In this document: one piece after another, positions 1-7,533 of the stretch | Layout: each line of letters begins with the position of its first letter | Numbering within the stretch: position 1 is the first letter of the stretch | From: a virus | Taxonomy: Duplodnaviria; Caudoviricetes | Reading direction: 5' to 3' (one strand) | DNA length: 39,692 nt | IMG/VR virus record: IMGVR_UViG_3300017705_000879 | Coordinates: 1-39,692 of that record | Program-made: the position numbers and the translations under genes | The notes under the pieces: generated by a model | Database searches by the model: none | The model's input: only the letters and a program-made list of their open reading frames with translations | Told to the model about the DNA's origin: nothing

Positions 1-2
1 AA

Positions 3-1100
3 ACCTTCTTTAATGACTTTAACAATCAAGACAATTTTAGGTTTTCTCCGGAGACAGGTCTTCATACAAACATTGGATATATGAGAACCGATGAGAGTGG
101 AGATAAAAACCAAGTATTTAATTATAATCTCATTAAATCTCTCCTATTTCTAAATGAGGACTTTGCTCTCAAGAACTTTGAAAAGAGAAAGGGGAGCCGT
201 TGGGTTGGCGACTTAAAAGTTGACGCCCTAAAAAGTGTTAAAGATCTTATTAGTAGTCAAGTAAACCAGAAAGGCCCAGAAGTAATCCAGCAGTGGCTAT
301 TAAAGAATTTTGATGAGGTCGAAAAAATAGTTAACAAGACGATCTCTCACTATGCTGATGCTATGTACAGTAAAGGAATTGGGTTTAATATTAATTATGC
401 AAGCAGAAGGGGATATATTGAGTTTCGCTACCCAGGCAATGAAGATATAACATATGAAGGGATAAAAGATGCTACTCTGTATTATGCTCACGTTGTCAAG
501 GCGGGAGCAGATGATGATTACAAGAAAGGGGAATATTTAAAGAAACTCACATCTTTCATTGAGAACGCAAAGGCATCATCCCAAACATCCATCACTGATT
601 TCTCCGAAATAAGGGAAATGGTAGAAAAATTCAAAGATATGCCTCTCTACAAAAGCCGTGATCCCGAACTTGCTACATCTGAAGTTGGGCCATTTATAAG
701 ATCCCTCGATGAGATTGGAGTAGATAATCTTGGCTGGGAGGAAGATAGGAAGAGGTGGACAGATAGTCAAGTTTGGAGGGGCGCAATAAGTGGTAGGGAT
801 TTCTTCTGGATTAACAGTATCAAGAAGGGAGACTCCGTTGATAATACTATGATTGTTTTGGACACCCTGGAGAACACTCCAAGTGGGCCAAAGAAAATTC
901 AAGTCAAATACCCTATTAAAGATTTTGAAAGAAACTTGAGAAATGGGGTGCTCATCAAAGTTATGAATAGAAATAGAGAAGAGATATTAAAAGACATTTA
1001 TGACAAAACTGGTGAGACAGTTAATGAGGTCAAAAACCCCTCCTTCGACATCGAGCAAATAATTTTAAAAACAATCAATAGAAAAATGTTTAATTTTTAA
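3..1100 (+). CDS. Putative amidoligase (COOH-NH2 ligase-like) domain protein, 5'-truncated by the window edge
   Basis: Frame is open from base 3 (TFFNDFNNQDNFRFSPETGLHTNIGYM...). TGLHTNIG, KGIGFNI and YIEFRYPG resemble the GxHxH/N, K/RY-x-N and IEFR motifs of amidoligase-2 enzymes. Confidence 0.55.
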   Translation, partial: TFFNDFNNQDNFRFSPETGLHTNIGYMRTDESGDKNQVFNYNLIKSLLFLNEDFALKNFEKRKGSRWVGDLKVDALKSVKDLISSQVNQKGPEVIQQWLLKNFDEVEKIVNKTISHYADAMYSKGIGFNINYASRRGYIEFRYPGNEDITYEGIKDATLYYAHVVKAGADDDYKKGEYLKKLTSFIENAKASSQTSITDFSEIREMVEKFKDMPLYKSRDPELATSEVGPFIRSLDEIGVDNLGWEEDRKRWTDSQVWRGAISGRDFFWINSIKKGDSVDNTMIVLDTLENTPSGPKKIQVKYPIKDFERNLRNGVLIKVMNRNREEILKDIYDKTGETVNEVKNPSFDIEQIILKTINRKMFNF

Positions 1101-1149
1101 TTTTTCCCCTTCTCATATTGTGCCCCTATTTACTTTTGGGGGTGCGAAG

Positions 1150-1356
1150 ATGGAGAATAAAAAATTAAAAATTGGAGACATTGTTCAACTCCAGTGGGAT
1201 GTCTTTTTGCGGCAACCTGGGACGATCGGTATTGTTGTAAATATTTATCAAACTAAGACCGGTCTGGAGTATTATAAAGTTATTTGGAATGGGAGAAAAA
1301 AAGCACCTGTTCCCAAATACTTAACTGCCAATGAATTAATTATTTTAGAGGTATGA
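1150..1356 (+). CDS. Small SH3/KOW-like hypothetical phage protein
   Basis: MENKKLKIGDIVQL...GIVV...YKVIW pattern. ATG at 1150 follows GGGGG and a CTATTTA motif. Confidence 0.6.
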   Translation: MENKKLKIGDIVQLQWDVFLRQPGTIGIVVNIYQTKTGLEYYKVIWNGRKKAPVPKYLTANELIILEV

Positions 1357-1580
1357 AGGGGAAGTTCTCTATGAATGTAAAAAAGGGTGATTGGTTAGTT
1401 TTTAAGAAAAAATATCAATATGGAGATGCAATTGTGGGGAACATCTCTGATCGAGTTATGGTAGCAATAAGTGATTCCTATAGAGTTCACAATGTAGTGG
1501 TTGTTGATGTGTTAATAAAACCTGATGATCCTCCGTATACAATTTCAACTACATATCTAAAAATACTAGAGAAAGATTAA
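1353..1580 (+). CDS. Small SH3/KOW-like hypothetical protein
   Basis: VKKGDWLV motif; ATGA overlap with the upstream gene; GAGGT SD-like sequence. Confidence 0.55.
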   Translation: MKGKFSMNVKKGDWLVFKKKYQYGDAIVGNISDRVMVAISDSYRVHNVVVVDVLIKPDDPPYTISTTYLKILEKD

Positions 1581-1597
1581 TTATAAAGTTTTTATGT

Positions 1598-1626
1598 TTA
1601 AAAAAATAAGATAAATCATATATACT
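1598..1626 (+). promoter_or_regulatory. Sigma70-like promoter
   Basis: TTAAAA-17 nt-TATACT in an intergenic gap; weak -35 match. Confidence 0.35.
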
Positions 1627-1647
1627 ATACAAAGAGAGTAAGGCAAG

Positions 1648-1842
1648 ATGAAAACCAAAACAAAACAAGTTGCTGCTGACAATCTTTGTAAAATTGAAAA
1701 TTATTTGCAATTCTACTTAGATTTAAGTGATGTTATTGAAGAGATGTTACCTCCCGATGAGGTGACTAAGATTAAAAAAAACTTTGATCTACAACTTGTT
1801 TTAAATTCTGTTTTTGAAAACACAATCACAATGGTTAATTAA
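1648..1842 (+). CDS. Hypothetical protein
   Basis: 64-aa ORF preceded by AAGG; tight packing. Confidence 0.55.
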   Translation: MKTKTKQVAADNLCKIENYLQFYLDLSDVIEEMLPPDEVTKIKKNFDLQLVLNSVFENTITMVN

Positions 1843-1844
1843 AA

Positions 1845-2057
1845 ATGAAAGTCAATATTGAAACAGCAACAGATGTTGTTTGTTCTGAGTGTGATAGCTC
1901 ACACTTTTCTCAAGTTTTTGTTATTAAGAGATTATCGCCAGTAGTTTCTCCCACAGGAGAAGAAGCCCTGGTCCCTATTCCAACCTTTGCCTGTTCAAAG
2001 TGTGGAAATGTAAATGATGGGTTTGTTCCTGACGAGGTAACGAGGGGGTCAAAATGA
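1845..2057 (+). CDS. Zinc-ribbon protein
   Basis: Two CxxC pairs (CSEC, CSKC) in 70 aa. Confidence 0.7.
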   Translation: MKVNIETATDVVCSECDSSHFSQVFVIKRLSPVVSPTGEEALVPIPTFACSKCGNVNDGFVPDEVTRGSK

Positions 2058-2115
2058 GTGTATAATGAATAATAATTTTATTTAATGTGTGATCAATGGG
2101 GTCAAAAAATATATA

Positions 2116-2204
2116 AATTTCGTGGTTCAATGTCATCAACGAACCAAATTGTGGAAGGGTGACTGGTAAGTCGGGAACGAGGAGAACCGACACCCCTTCG
2201 TTTT
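2116..2204 (+). other. Candidate structured RNA (two hairpins plus T-tract)
   Basis: First hairpin TGGTTC/GAACCA extended by AATT. Second GAAGGG/CCCTTC enclosing GTCGG/CCGAC, followed by TTTT. GC-rich within an AT-rich intergenic gap. Confidence 0.4.
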
Positions 2205-2214
2205 AGGTTTGTAA

Positions 2215-2544
2215 ATGAAAAAAATACTACTTCCAATCTTATTCCTACTATTATCCTGCAAAGGTACTGACTCTTTTGTTATAAAGGAGGGCCAGAAAAT
2301 GCCAGCTAGTGGCGAGCCAGCAGAAAAAATGTCTCTCGTGCAATGTGTTGACTATGTTCCATACAATCACGAACCTCTATCTTGTAAATCTTACGGAACG
2401 AACTTAAAATGTTGCGATTGGCATATAGAAACAATTGATGTAGAACTCAATCTGGTTTGTTGGCAAAATTGGTGCTTTCGAGAAAAAGAGACTTGCTGGT
2501 ATTACGATCACCACAAATGCGACAACTACTCTTCTCTAAAATAA
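2215..2544 (+). CDS. Cys-rich lipoprotein
   Basis: MKKILLPILFLLLSC signal peptide with lipobox; many Cys/Trp in the mature part. Confidence 0.7.
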   Translation: MKKILLPILFLLLSCKGTDSFVIKEGQKMPASGEPAEKMSLVQCVDYVPYNHEPLSCKSYGTNLKCCDWHIETIDVELNLVCWQNWCFREKETCWYYDHHKCDNYSSLK

Positions 2545-2559
2545 AGACTTAAAAAGTTT

Positions 2560-2623
2560 AAATCAAGGCATATTTAGTGTGAGGCATAAACGCCATAGCT
2601 ACTAGAGGATGCCTTGATTTTTT
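2560..2623 (+). terminator. Long hairpin with T-tract (terminator or small RNA)
   Basis: Perfect 12-bp stem AAATCAAGGCAT/ATGCCTTGATTT, inner pairings TTTAGT/ACTAGA and GGC/GCC, ending in a T run. Confidence 0.5.
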
Positions 2624-2643
2624 GTCGGCCCGGCGTTTTAGGC

Positions 2644-2672
2644 TTGTTTTTTTCTTTTTAATGTGGTATTAT
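2644..2672 (+). promoter_or_regulatory. Sigma70-like promoter with extended -10
   Basis: TTGTTT-17 nt-TATTAT with TGn directly before the -10; upstream of the exonuclease. Confidence 0.55.
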
Positions 2673-2706
2673 ATAATGTACTGATTAAAATACGGAGAAG
2701 AATCAA

Positions 2707-3318
2707 ATGATCATTACAGTTCTAGACACAGAAACAACCGGACTAAACAGAAGTGAGCACGAAATTATTGAAATTGCTCTTATTAGTTATATTATTGCTG
2801 CAAATGGCGATAAATATGTCTTGAAAACTTTTGAAAGTAAAATCAAGCCCGGCCACATTGAGTCTGCGAGTCCCGAAGCCCTCAAGATCAATGGCTATTC
2901 AGAGGAGGCTTGGTCTAGTGCCCCGCGCTTTGAGGAAGTCTATCTTGAAATAAAAGAGATGATTGAGGAATCAGAATGCCTTCTCGGTCAAAATCTAATT
3001 TTTGATTTGAGGTTTCTCGAATCAGCTTGCAAGAAGAGCAGCAAGCAGGTTCCAAATTTCCCTATGTATTTTGACACAAAACAAGTAGCAGATTATCTTT
3101 TTGAATCGAATTGGATTGAGAGAACGAACCTTGATTATCTTTGCTCTCGATTCAATATCAATTTTGAAGGAAGGGCACATACTGCTCTTGCGGATTGCAA
3201 AAGGACAATGCAGCTTTGGGAAAAACTAACGAAAGAGTGCGATAACTATGAACCCTTCACGTTTGAGAATCCATACGAAAGAAAGAGAGGATACAAAAGA
3301 TGGTCAACGAGAAAGTAA
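2707..3318 (+). CDS. DEDDh 3'-5' exonuclease (DnaQ/epsilon-like)
   Basis: ExoI LDTETTG, ExoII GQNLIFD, ExoIII AHTALAD; GGAG SD. Confidence 0.9.
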   Translation: MIITVLDTETTGLNRSEHEIIEIALISYIIAANGDKYVLKTFESKIKPGHIESASPEALKINGYSEEAWSSAPRFEEVYLEIKEMIEESECLLGQNLIFDLRFLESACKKSSKQVPNFPMYFDTKQVADYLFESNWIERTNLDYLCSRFNINFEGRAHTALADCKRTMQLWEKLTKECDNYEPFTFENPYERKRGYKRWSTRK

Positions 3319-3617
3319 CAAAAACTTTTATCCTCTTCATTCTCCTCTTCAACATTGTTGATGCCTACTTGACGATAAAATATATTATCGAACTTCTCAT
3401 TTTGAACGAAAACAACCCCCTTATGTTATATCTAATTCAATTAGATATGGGCGTTCTACCATTTATTATTCCAAAAACTCTTCTTGTTTGTCTAGGGTGT
3501 TATTTGCTTTGGATAAGGAGACAACATATTCTTGCTCAGGTCGGCGCGTATCTGTGTTTTATAGTATATTTTTCGGTTGTTACCCATTTCTATTTTTTTA
3601 TCCTTAGCTTACATTAA
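3300..3617 (+). CDS. Membrane protein, DUF5658-like
   Basis: NIVDAYLT...ENNPLM...K pattern; three hydrophobic segments. Confidence 0.65.
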   Translation: MVNEKVTKTFILFILLFNIVDAYLTIKYIIELLILNENNPLMLYLIQLDMGVLPFIIPKTLLVCLGCYLLWIRRQHILAQVGAYLCFIVYFSVVTHFYFFILSLH

Positions 3618-3641
3618 TAAATACTGATGCAAAAATAAGAA

Positions 3642-3648
3642 CTACTTA
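3642..3648 (+). promoter_or_regulatory. Putative phage late promoter CTAYTTA
   Basis: CTACTTA, then a TAGCG/CGCTA hairpin and AAGGAG SD. The motif recurs in several intergenic gaps. Confidence 0.5.
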
Positions 3649-3677
3649 TAGTAGCGAAACGCTAAGGAGTTTTATTA

Positions 3678-3986
3678 GTGATGAGGGCTATAATTATATT
3701 CTTTCTGCTTACCTTAGTTGCATCCTGTAGCGAAAGTACCGGCGTTGAAAGGCCAACTAATGCGACTTTAAAATCCCAAGAAAAGGGAACCAAAATAAAA
3801 CTTAAAAAAAGTCCTAAAAAAGAAAAAAATATAATGAAAAATAATTTAGAACACATCCAGATGCAACAAAACGAAATCAAGTACAGGATAAAGAATTTAG
3901 ATACAAAAATTAAAAAATTAAAGAAATCTAAAAAGAAAATAAGATGTACTGATACTAATACCTGCCTCGGGAAAAACAATAAGTGA
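3678..3986 (+). CDS. Basic coiled-coil lipoprotein
   Basis: Signal peptide with LVASC lipobox; Lys-rich heptads; AAGGAG SD. Confidence 0.65.
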   Translation: MMRAIIIFFLLTLVASCSESTGVERPTNATLKSQEKGTKIKLKKSPKKEKNIMKNNLEHIQMQQNEIKYRIKNLDTKIKKLKKSKKKIRCTDTNTCLGKNNK

Positions 3987-4207
3987 ATATTTCTGCACTT
4001 AAAGAGTGGTTTTCTTTTATAGTAGCAGTCGTAGGCTGTGTTGCTGGTATAATCTTTTGGGTCCAAAATTCAAACAGCAAAGAATATGAGAAACTTGAGG
4101 GTGAAATTGCCGAAATACGCCAAGAGGTGAAAGAAATTACAAAACAAAACGGTGAAATCTTGCGTCAAATCGGTAAATTAGAGGGTCTTATTGAAAATCA
4201 CAACTAA
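3983..4207 (+). CDS. Single-TM coiled-coil protein (holin/spanin-like architecture)
   Basis: N-terminal hydrophobic helix followed by heptad repeats; GTGA overlap. Confidence 0.6.
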   Translation: MNISALKEWFSFIVAVVGCVAGIIFWVQNSNSKEYEKLEGEIAEIRQEVKEITKQNGEILRQIGKLEGLIENHN

Positions 4208-4234
4208 AACCAAGTCTAAATAAGAAACTCAAAA

Positions 4235-4241
4235 CTACTTA
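4235..4241 (+). promoter_or_regulatory. Putative phage late promoter CTAYTTA
   Basis: CTACTTA upstream of GGAG SD and the MKI-motif gene array. Confidence 0.5.
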
Positions 4242-4262
4242 ATAAACACTTGGAGATTTTTT

Positions 4263-4309
4263 ATGAAGATTTCAAGATAACCATTGAAGTAGAGATAGAA
4301 ATAAGTTGA
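4263..4309 (+). pseudogene. Probable deletion relic of an MKI-family gene
   Basis: Promoter motif, GGAG and ATG lead only to MKISR*; another frame reads KITIEVEIEIS*. Confidence 0.3.
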
Positions 4310-4326
4310 TTATTAAGGATAAGCCA

Positions 4327-4626
4327 ATGAAAATTAAAAAATCAAAACTAAAACAAATCATCAAAGAAGAGTGGAAGCGCGTAAATGAGATGTACTACGG
4401 TCAAATGATGGACCAGGGCTCTCATAACACCGAATTTACCCAGGAAAATCAAAAATGTAGAACCAAACTGGAAGATGTGATAAAGATATCATCAGATCTT
4501 CACGATAAAATCGTCGATGATGGAGATTTAGATGATAAGGTTGTCAATGTTCTGGACGAAATACTCTCCACGTTGAGAAAAATTGAATTAAAGCTAGCTG
4601 ATGATATCCAAGGAGGCGAAGTTTGA
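4327..4626 (+). CDS. Phage protein with N-terminal MKIKKSKLKQIIKEE motif
   Basis: ATG 4327 after AAGGA; motif shared with the next ORF. Confidence 0.75.
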   Translation: MKIKKSKLKQIIKEEWKRVNEMYYGQMMDQGSHNTEFTQENQKCRTKLEDVIKISSDLHDKIVDDGDLDDKVVNVLDEILSTLRKIELKLADDIQGGEV

Positions 4627-4931
4627 TGAAAATTAAAAAGTCACAACTAAATCAACTCATTCAAGAAGAAATTTTAAAGATCAAAACAAAAAATCTACTT
4701 AACGAATCGCACGTCGATGGTGAAGATTTTACAAAATATATCATAAATGTTGTAAATAACTCTAATGACCTGATTGGGGGCTTGAGAGATGGTGATCTTA
4801 CTATCAATGAGGTCGCAGAGATTGCAACGGCACGATATATTTCACTTACAGTAGATAAACTCAATCAAAAGCTTGTAAATGAAGAATTTATTTCAAATAT
4901 CTCTTCTCAAATTGAAAGCTTGAAGGGATAA
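4626..4931 (+). CDS. Phage protein with N-terminal MKIKKSQLNQLIQEE motif
   Basis: TGATG overlap; AGGAGG SD. Confidence 0.75.
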   Translation: MKIKKSQLNQLIQEEILKIKTKNLLNESHVDGEDFTKYIINVVNNSNDLIGGLRDGDLTINEVAEIATARYISLTVDKLNQKLVNEEFISNISSQIESLKG

Positions 4932-4932
4932 G

Positions 4933-5613
4933 ATGAAGATTATCAATGAATCTGGACTTGATTTGACCGAGATTGAGGGTTTATTGAAAGATTTCTATCC
5001 CTATGCACAGGATACACTCCAATTTGATCAAACCCCAACCATAAAGTTTGTCTCCGACCCAGAAAATTCAGCAAATGTCCTTGGCAAAACTGCATACTAT
5101 GATCCCAATAGTCAAGAAGTGGCAGTTTTTGTTGATAATCGACACCCAAAGGACATTTTAAGGTCGATTTCGCATGAATTAGTCCACCACAGGCAGAATT
5201 GCCAAGGTAAATTCACAGAAATGCCCAATTTGGGCGAAGGATATGCCCAAGAGAATGAATTCTTACGAGAAATGGAGAAAGAAGCCTATTTAGAAGGTAA
5301 TATGTGCTTTCGTGATTGGGAAGATGGATATAAACAAAAATTACAAGAAAATAGAGGAAATGAAATGAAAAACTTAACCGAAGAGCAAATTAGGTCAATT
5401 ATTCGAGAAAAACTTAGAAGTTTTCTTACTGAGGACCAAGATTTCTTTAAAGAAGGGAAGGAAGTGATCAAAGAATCAAAACTTTTAAACCCAAAGACCA
5501 AGGAAGAGCCTAAAGAGCCCAAAGGGGCTAAAAAAGACTTCTTAGAGGGCATTTATATCAACAAATCTCAAGAAGTTGCAAAAAAATTCACTAAAAAGTT
5601 TATTAAGAAGTAA
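4933..5613 (+). CDS. HExxH zinc-metallopeptidase-like phage protein
   Basis: RSISHELVHHRQ plus downstream EKEAY; C-terminal QIRSIIREKL motif. Confidence 0.75.
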   Translation: MKIINESGLDLTEIEGLLKDFYPYAQDTLQFDQTPTIKFVSDPENSANVLGKTAYYDPNSQEVAVFVDNRHPKDILRSISHELVHHRQNCQGKFTEMPNLGEGYAQENEFLREMEKEAYLEGNMCFRDWEDGYKQKLQENRGNEMKNLTEEQIRSIIREKLRSFLTEDQDFFKEGKEVIKESKLLNPKTKEEPKEPKGAKKDFLEGIYINKSQEVAKKFTKKFIKK

Positions 5614-5635
5614 TTACTTTATACAACCCCCCTTA

Positions 5636-5690
5636 ATAGTCGTCCATCCACAAATATTCTACTTTGGTTTCGGATGGACGACTGTTTTTT
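5636..5690 (+). terminator. Intrinsic terminator-like hairpin
   Basis: AGTCGTCCATCC/GGATGGACGACT 12-bp stem, 22-nt loop, then GTTTTTT. Confidence 0.7.
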
Positions 5691-5709
5691 GTTTAATCCA
5701 AAAAATCAA

Positions 5710-5716
5710 CTATTTA
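5710..5716 (+). promoter_or_regulatory. Putative phage late promoter CTATTTA
   Basis: Recurrent motif about 30 nt upstream of the ATG, directly after a terminator. Confidence 0.55.
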
Positions 5717-5745
5717 TATCATATACCAAATCGGGGTCACTATAA

Positions 5746-6483
5746 ATGGCTGATGACTATATCATAAAAAATTTAAAACTTAATCAGCTTTCCGCGCAAT
5801 ACGCAGACAAGATAACAGATCAAGTTCCTTTTACGCTTGGAATGAAGGGGGGGATGAGCCTGCGACTAAGAAGTGCCTATCTTCAAACAAGAGGAGATGC
5901 CACCGTATCTGATGTTACAAGCACTCCCGTAAATAATCCCCCCGTAGCATCAAATGTCACTGCAAGCGTAAATGAGGACGGATCAGTCAACATCACACTC
6001 ATAGCAGTTGACCCTGATAGTGATCCATTAACTTATTCAATTGTTGCCAGTCCCTCCATAGGAACTATCTCAAGTTTTATCGCTGTGAGTGGAACTCTAA
6101 CATATACGCCACCTATTTGCACCAATGGGAGTGATTCTTTCACTTTTAAGGCAAACGACGGGACGTTCGATTCAAACATCGCCACGGCGAGTATCACAAT
6201 TACACCATTCTCTGCCTCAAGCGACGTTACACCAACTAGGATCTCGTGCCTCGAACAAAACCTAGAAGGTAATTGGGTTCATTATGTTCCTGATGTTATT
6301 CCAATCGATAATCCTATTGAAATGGGATACAAAGTCACAGGATCTGAACTCATACTGAAAGGCAACTGGATTAACTATGTACCAGACGTTGTACCAATCG
6401 ATAATCCGTTAGCAATGGGGTATAAAGTAACCGGATCTGATTTGGAACTACCTGGTAATTATAGTGGAAGTTTTTTGGGATAA
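5746..6483 (+). CDS. Cadherin/Ig-like (Big_9-type) domain protein, putative virion surface protein
   Basis: NNPPVA...VNEDGSVNITL...DPDSDPLTYSIV...YTP...GSDSFTFKANDG; C-terminal tandem repeats. Confidence 0.8.
   Translation: MADDYIIKNLKLNQLSAQYADKITDQVPFTLGMKGGMSLRLRSAYLQTRGDATVSDVTSTPVNNPPVASNVTASVNEDGSVNITLIAVDPDSDPLTYSIVASPSIGTISSFIAVSGTLTYTPPICTNGSDSFTFKANDGTFDSNIATASITITPFSASSDVTPTRISCLEQNLEGNWVHYVPDVIPIDNPIEMGYKVTGSELILKGNWINYVPDVVPIDNPLAMGYKVTGSDLELPGNYSGSFLG
6262..6447 (+). repeat. Two 93-bp (31-aa) intragenic tandem repeats
   Basis: LEGNWVHYVPDVIPIDNPIEMGYKVTGSELI / LKGNWINYVPDVVPIDNPLAMGYKVTGSDLE, then a partial third copy LPGNY. Confidence 0.9.
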
Positions 6484-6488
6484 CATAA

Positions 6489-6495
6489 CTATTTA
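6489..6495 (+). promoter_or_regulatory. Putative phage late promoter CTATTTA
   Basis: Motif in a 33-nt gap ahead of an AGAGGA SD. Confidence 0.55.
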
Positions 6496-6516
6496 TACTA
6501 AAAAAGAGGACCGAGA

Positions 6517-7518
6517 ATGCCTTTAGACGTAACAGTTAGGAAATTTTATATTACTGCCTCCACAACAGCAGATGCTGATATGGAAGAAATCCATTTGGCG
6601 TTATATGATCATTTTAGCAATGTATCTACAAAATTTGGAATCTCATCAAGTGCCGGTGCTGGGTCTAACAATTTCACAGTAACTTGTTCAGCAGCAGGTG
6701 AAGATTGGCAGGTCAACTTCCGACGTGCCTCTTCAAGTACGACAACAACAAAATTTTCTATGTGTTCCGGCACGGGATCTCTCGGTGCAACAACTTTTGC
6801 AAGTCCCGGTACAACAGGGGCAGTCCCGGTAACGACCGGAAGGGATCACTCAAACGAAGTAGATTGGCAAATAAGCGCAGCAGCCGTAGCAAAGTCCTCT
6901 GGTGCAAATCAATACGACATCGAGGCAGTTATTGTTGAGATTGACGATGCCTTCTTCCTTCTCCTCGAAGACGATGGGACGCCATCTGGAACTTTCTACC
7001 CATACGGTGTTCACTTTGGAAAGGTCTGGGTTCCATTTTACGCAAGCGACCCAGGACTTGGAAGAGATGGTCTAGGATTTCACGTTGGCGTTCCAAGTGA
7101 CGCGGTTACAGCACCTAATGGGTGGCTCAATGATGATGCCAATACAAGCAATGACAACAGAATGCACGTTCTCGATGGTCAAGTGTCCGGCACAGTGGGG
7201 GGCATTACCCTCAATGATTGTGCCTTTCAACGTATTCAAAATCTCGCCGCACCGACTGATAGTACGGCAGATCTTGATGGGATCGAAAAACCAAGACCGT
7301 ATCTAAAACGTTCGTTGAACACCTCCAATCAGAGCTATAGAAATTTCGGATATAGCAAATATATGTTATTTTACAACTCTACCTCGAAAAGAACAGTGAA
7401 GAGTGCTCTTGCGAGTTCTGGGGGTGATATCTTTGTGTGTGTCGGTAGTGCAGCAACCACGAGCGACATACAAATCCCGTGGAGTGGATCATCAGGGGTT
7501 CCAATTCCAACACCATAA
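6517..7518 (+). CDS. Ser/Thr/Gly-rich putative virion protein (paralog 1)
   Basis: 333 aa; beta-rich composition; late-type motif upstream; homologous to the next ORF. Confidence 0.7.
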   Translation: MPLDVTVRKFYITASTTADADMEEIHLALYDHFSNVSTKFGISSSAGAGSNNFTVTCSAAGEDWQVNFRRASSSTTTTKFSMCSGTGSLGATTFASPGTTGAVPVTTGRDHSNEVDWQISAAAVAKSSGANQYDIEAVIVEIDDAFFLLLEDDGTPSGTFYPYGVHFGKVWVPFYASDPGLGRDGLGFHVGVPSDAVTAPNGWLNDDANTSNDNRMHVLDGQVSGTVGGITLNDCAFQRIQNLAAPTDSTADLDGIEKPRPYLKRSLNTSNQSYRNFGYSKYMLFYNSTSKRTVKSALASSGGDIFVCVGSAATTSDIQIPWSGSSGVPIPTP

Positions 7519-7533
7519 TATTGAGGAAAAAGA

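Noticed and set aside
2153-2200. tRNA (GGAAG start, TGGTAA D-loop-like word)
   Set aside because: Only about 48 nt, with no anticodon arm or TTCRA T-loop.
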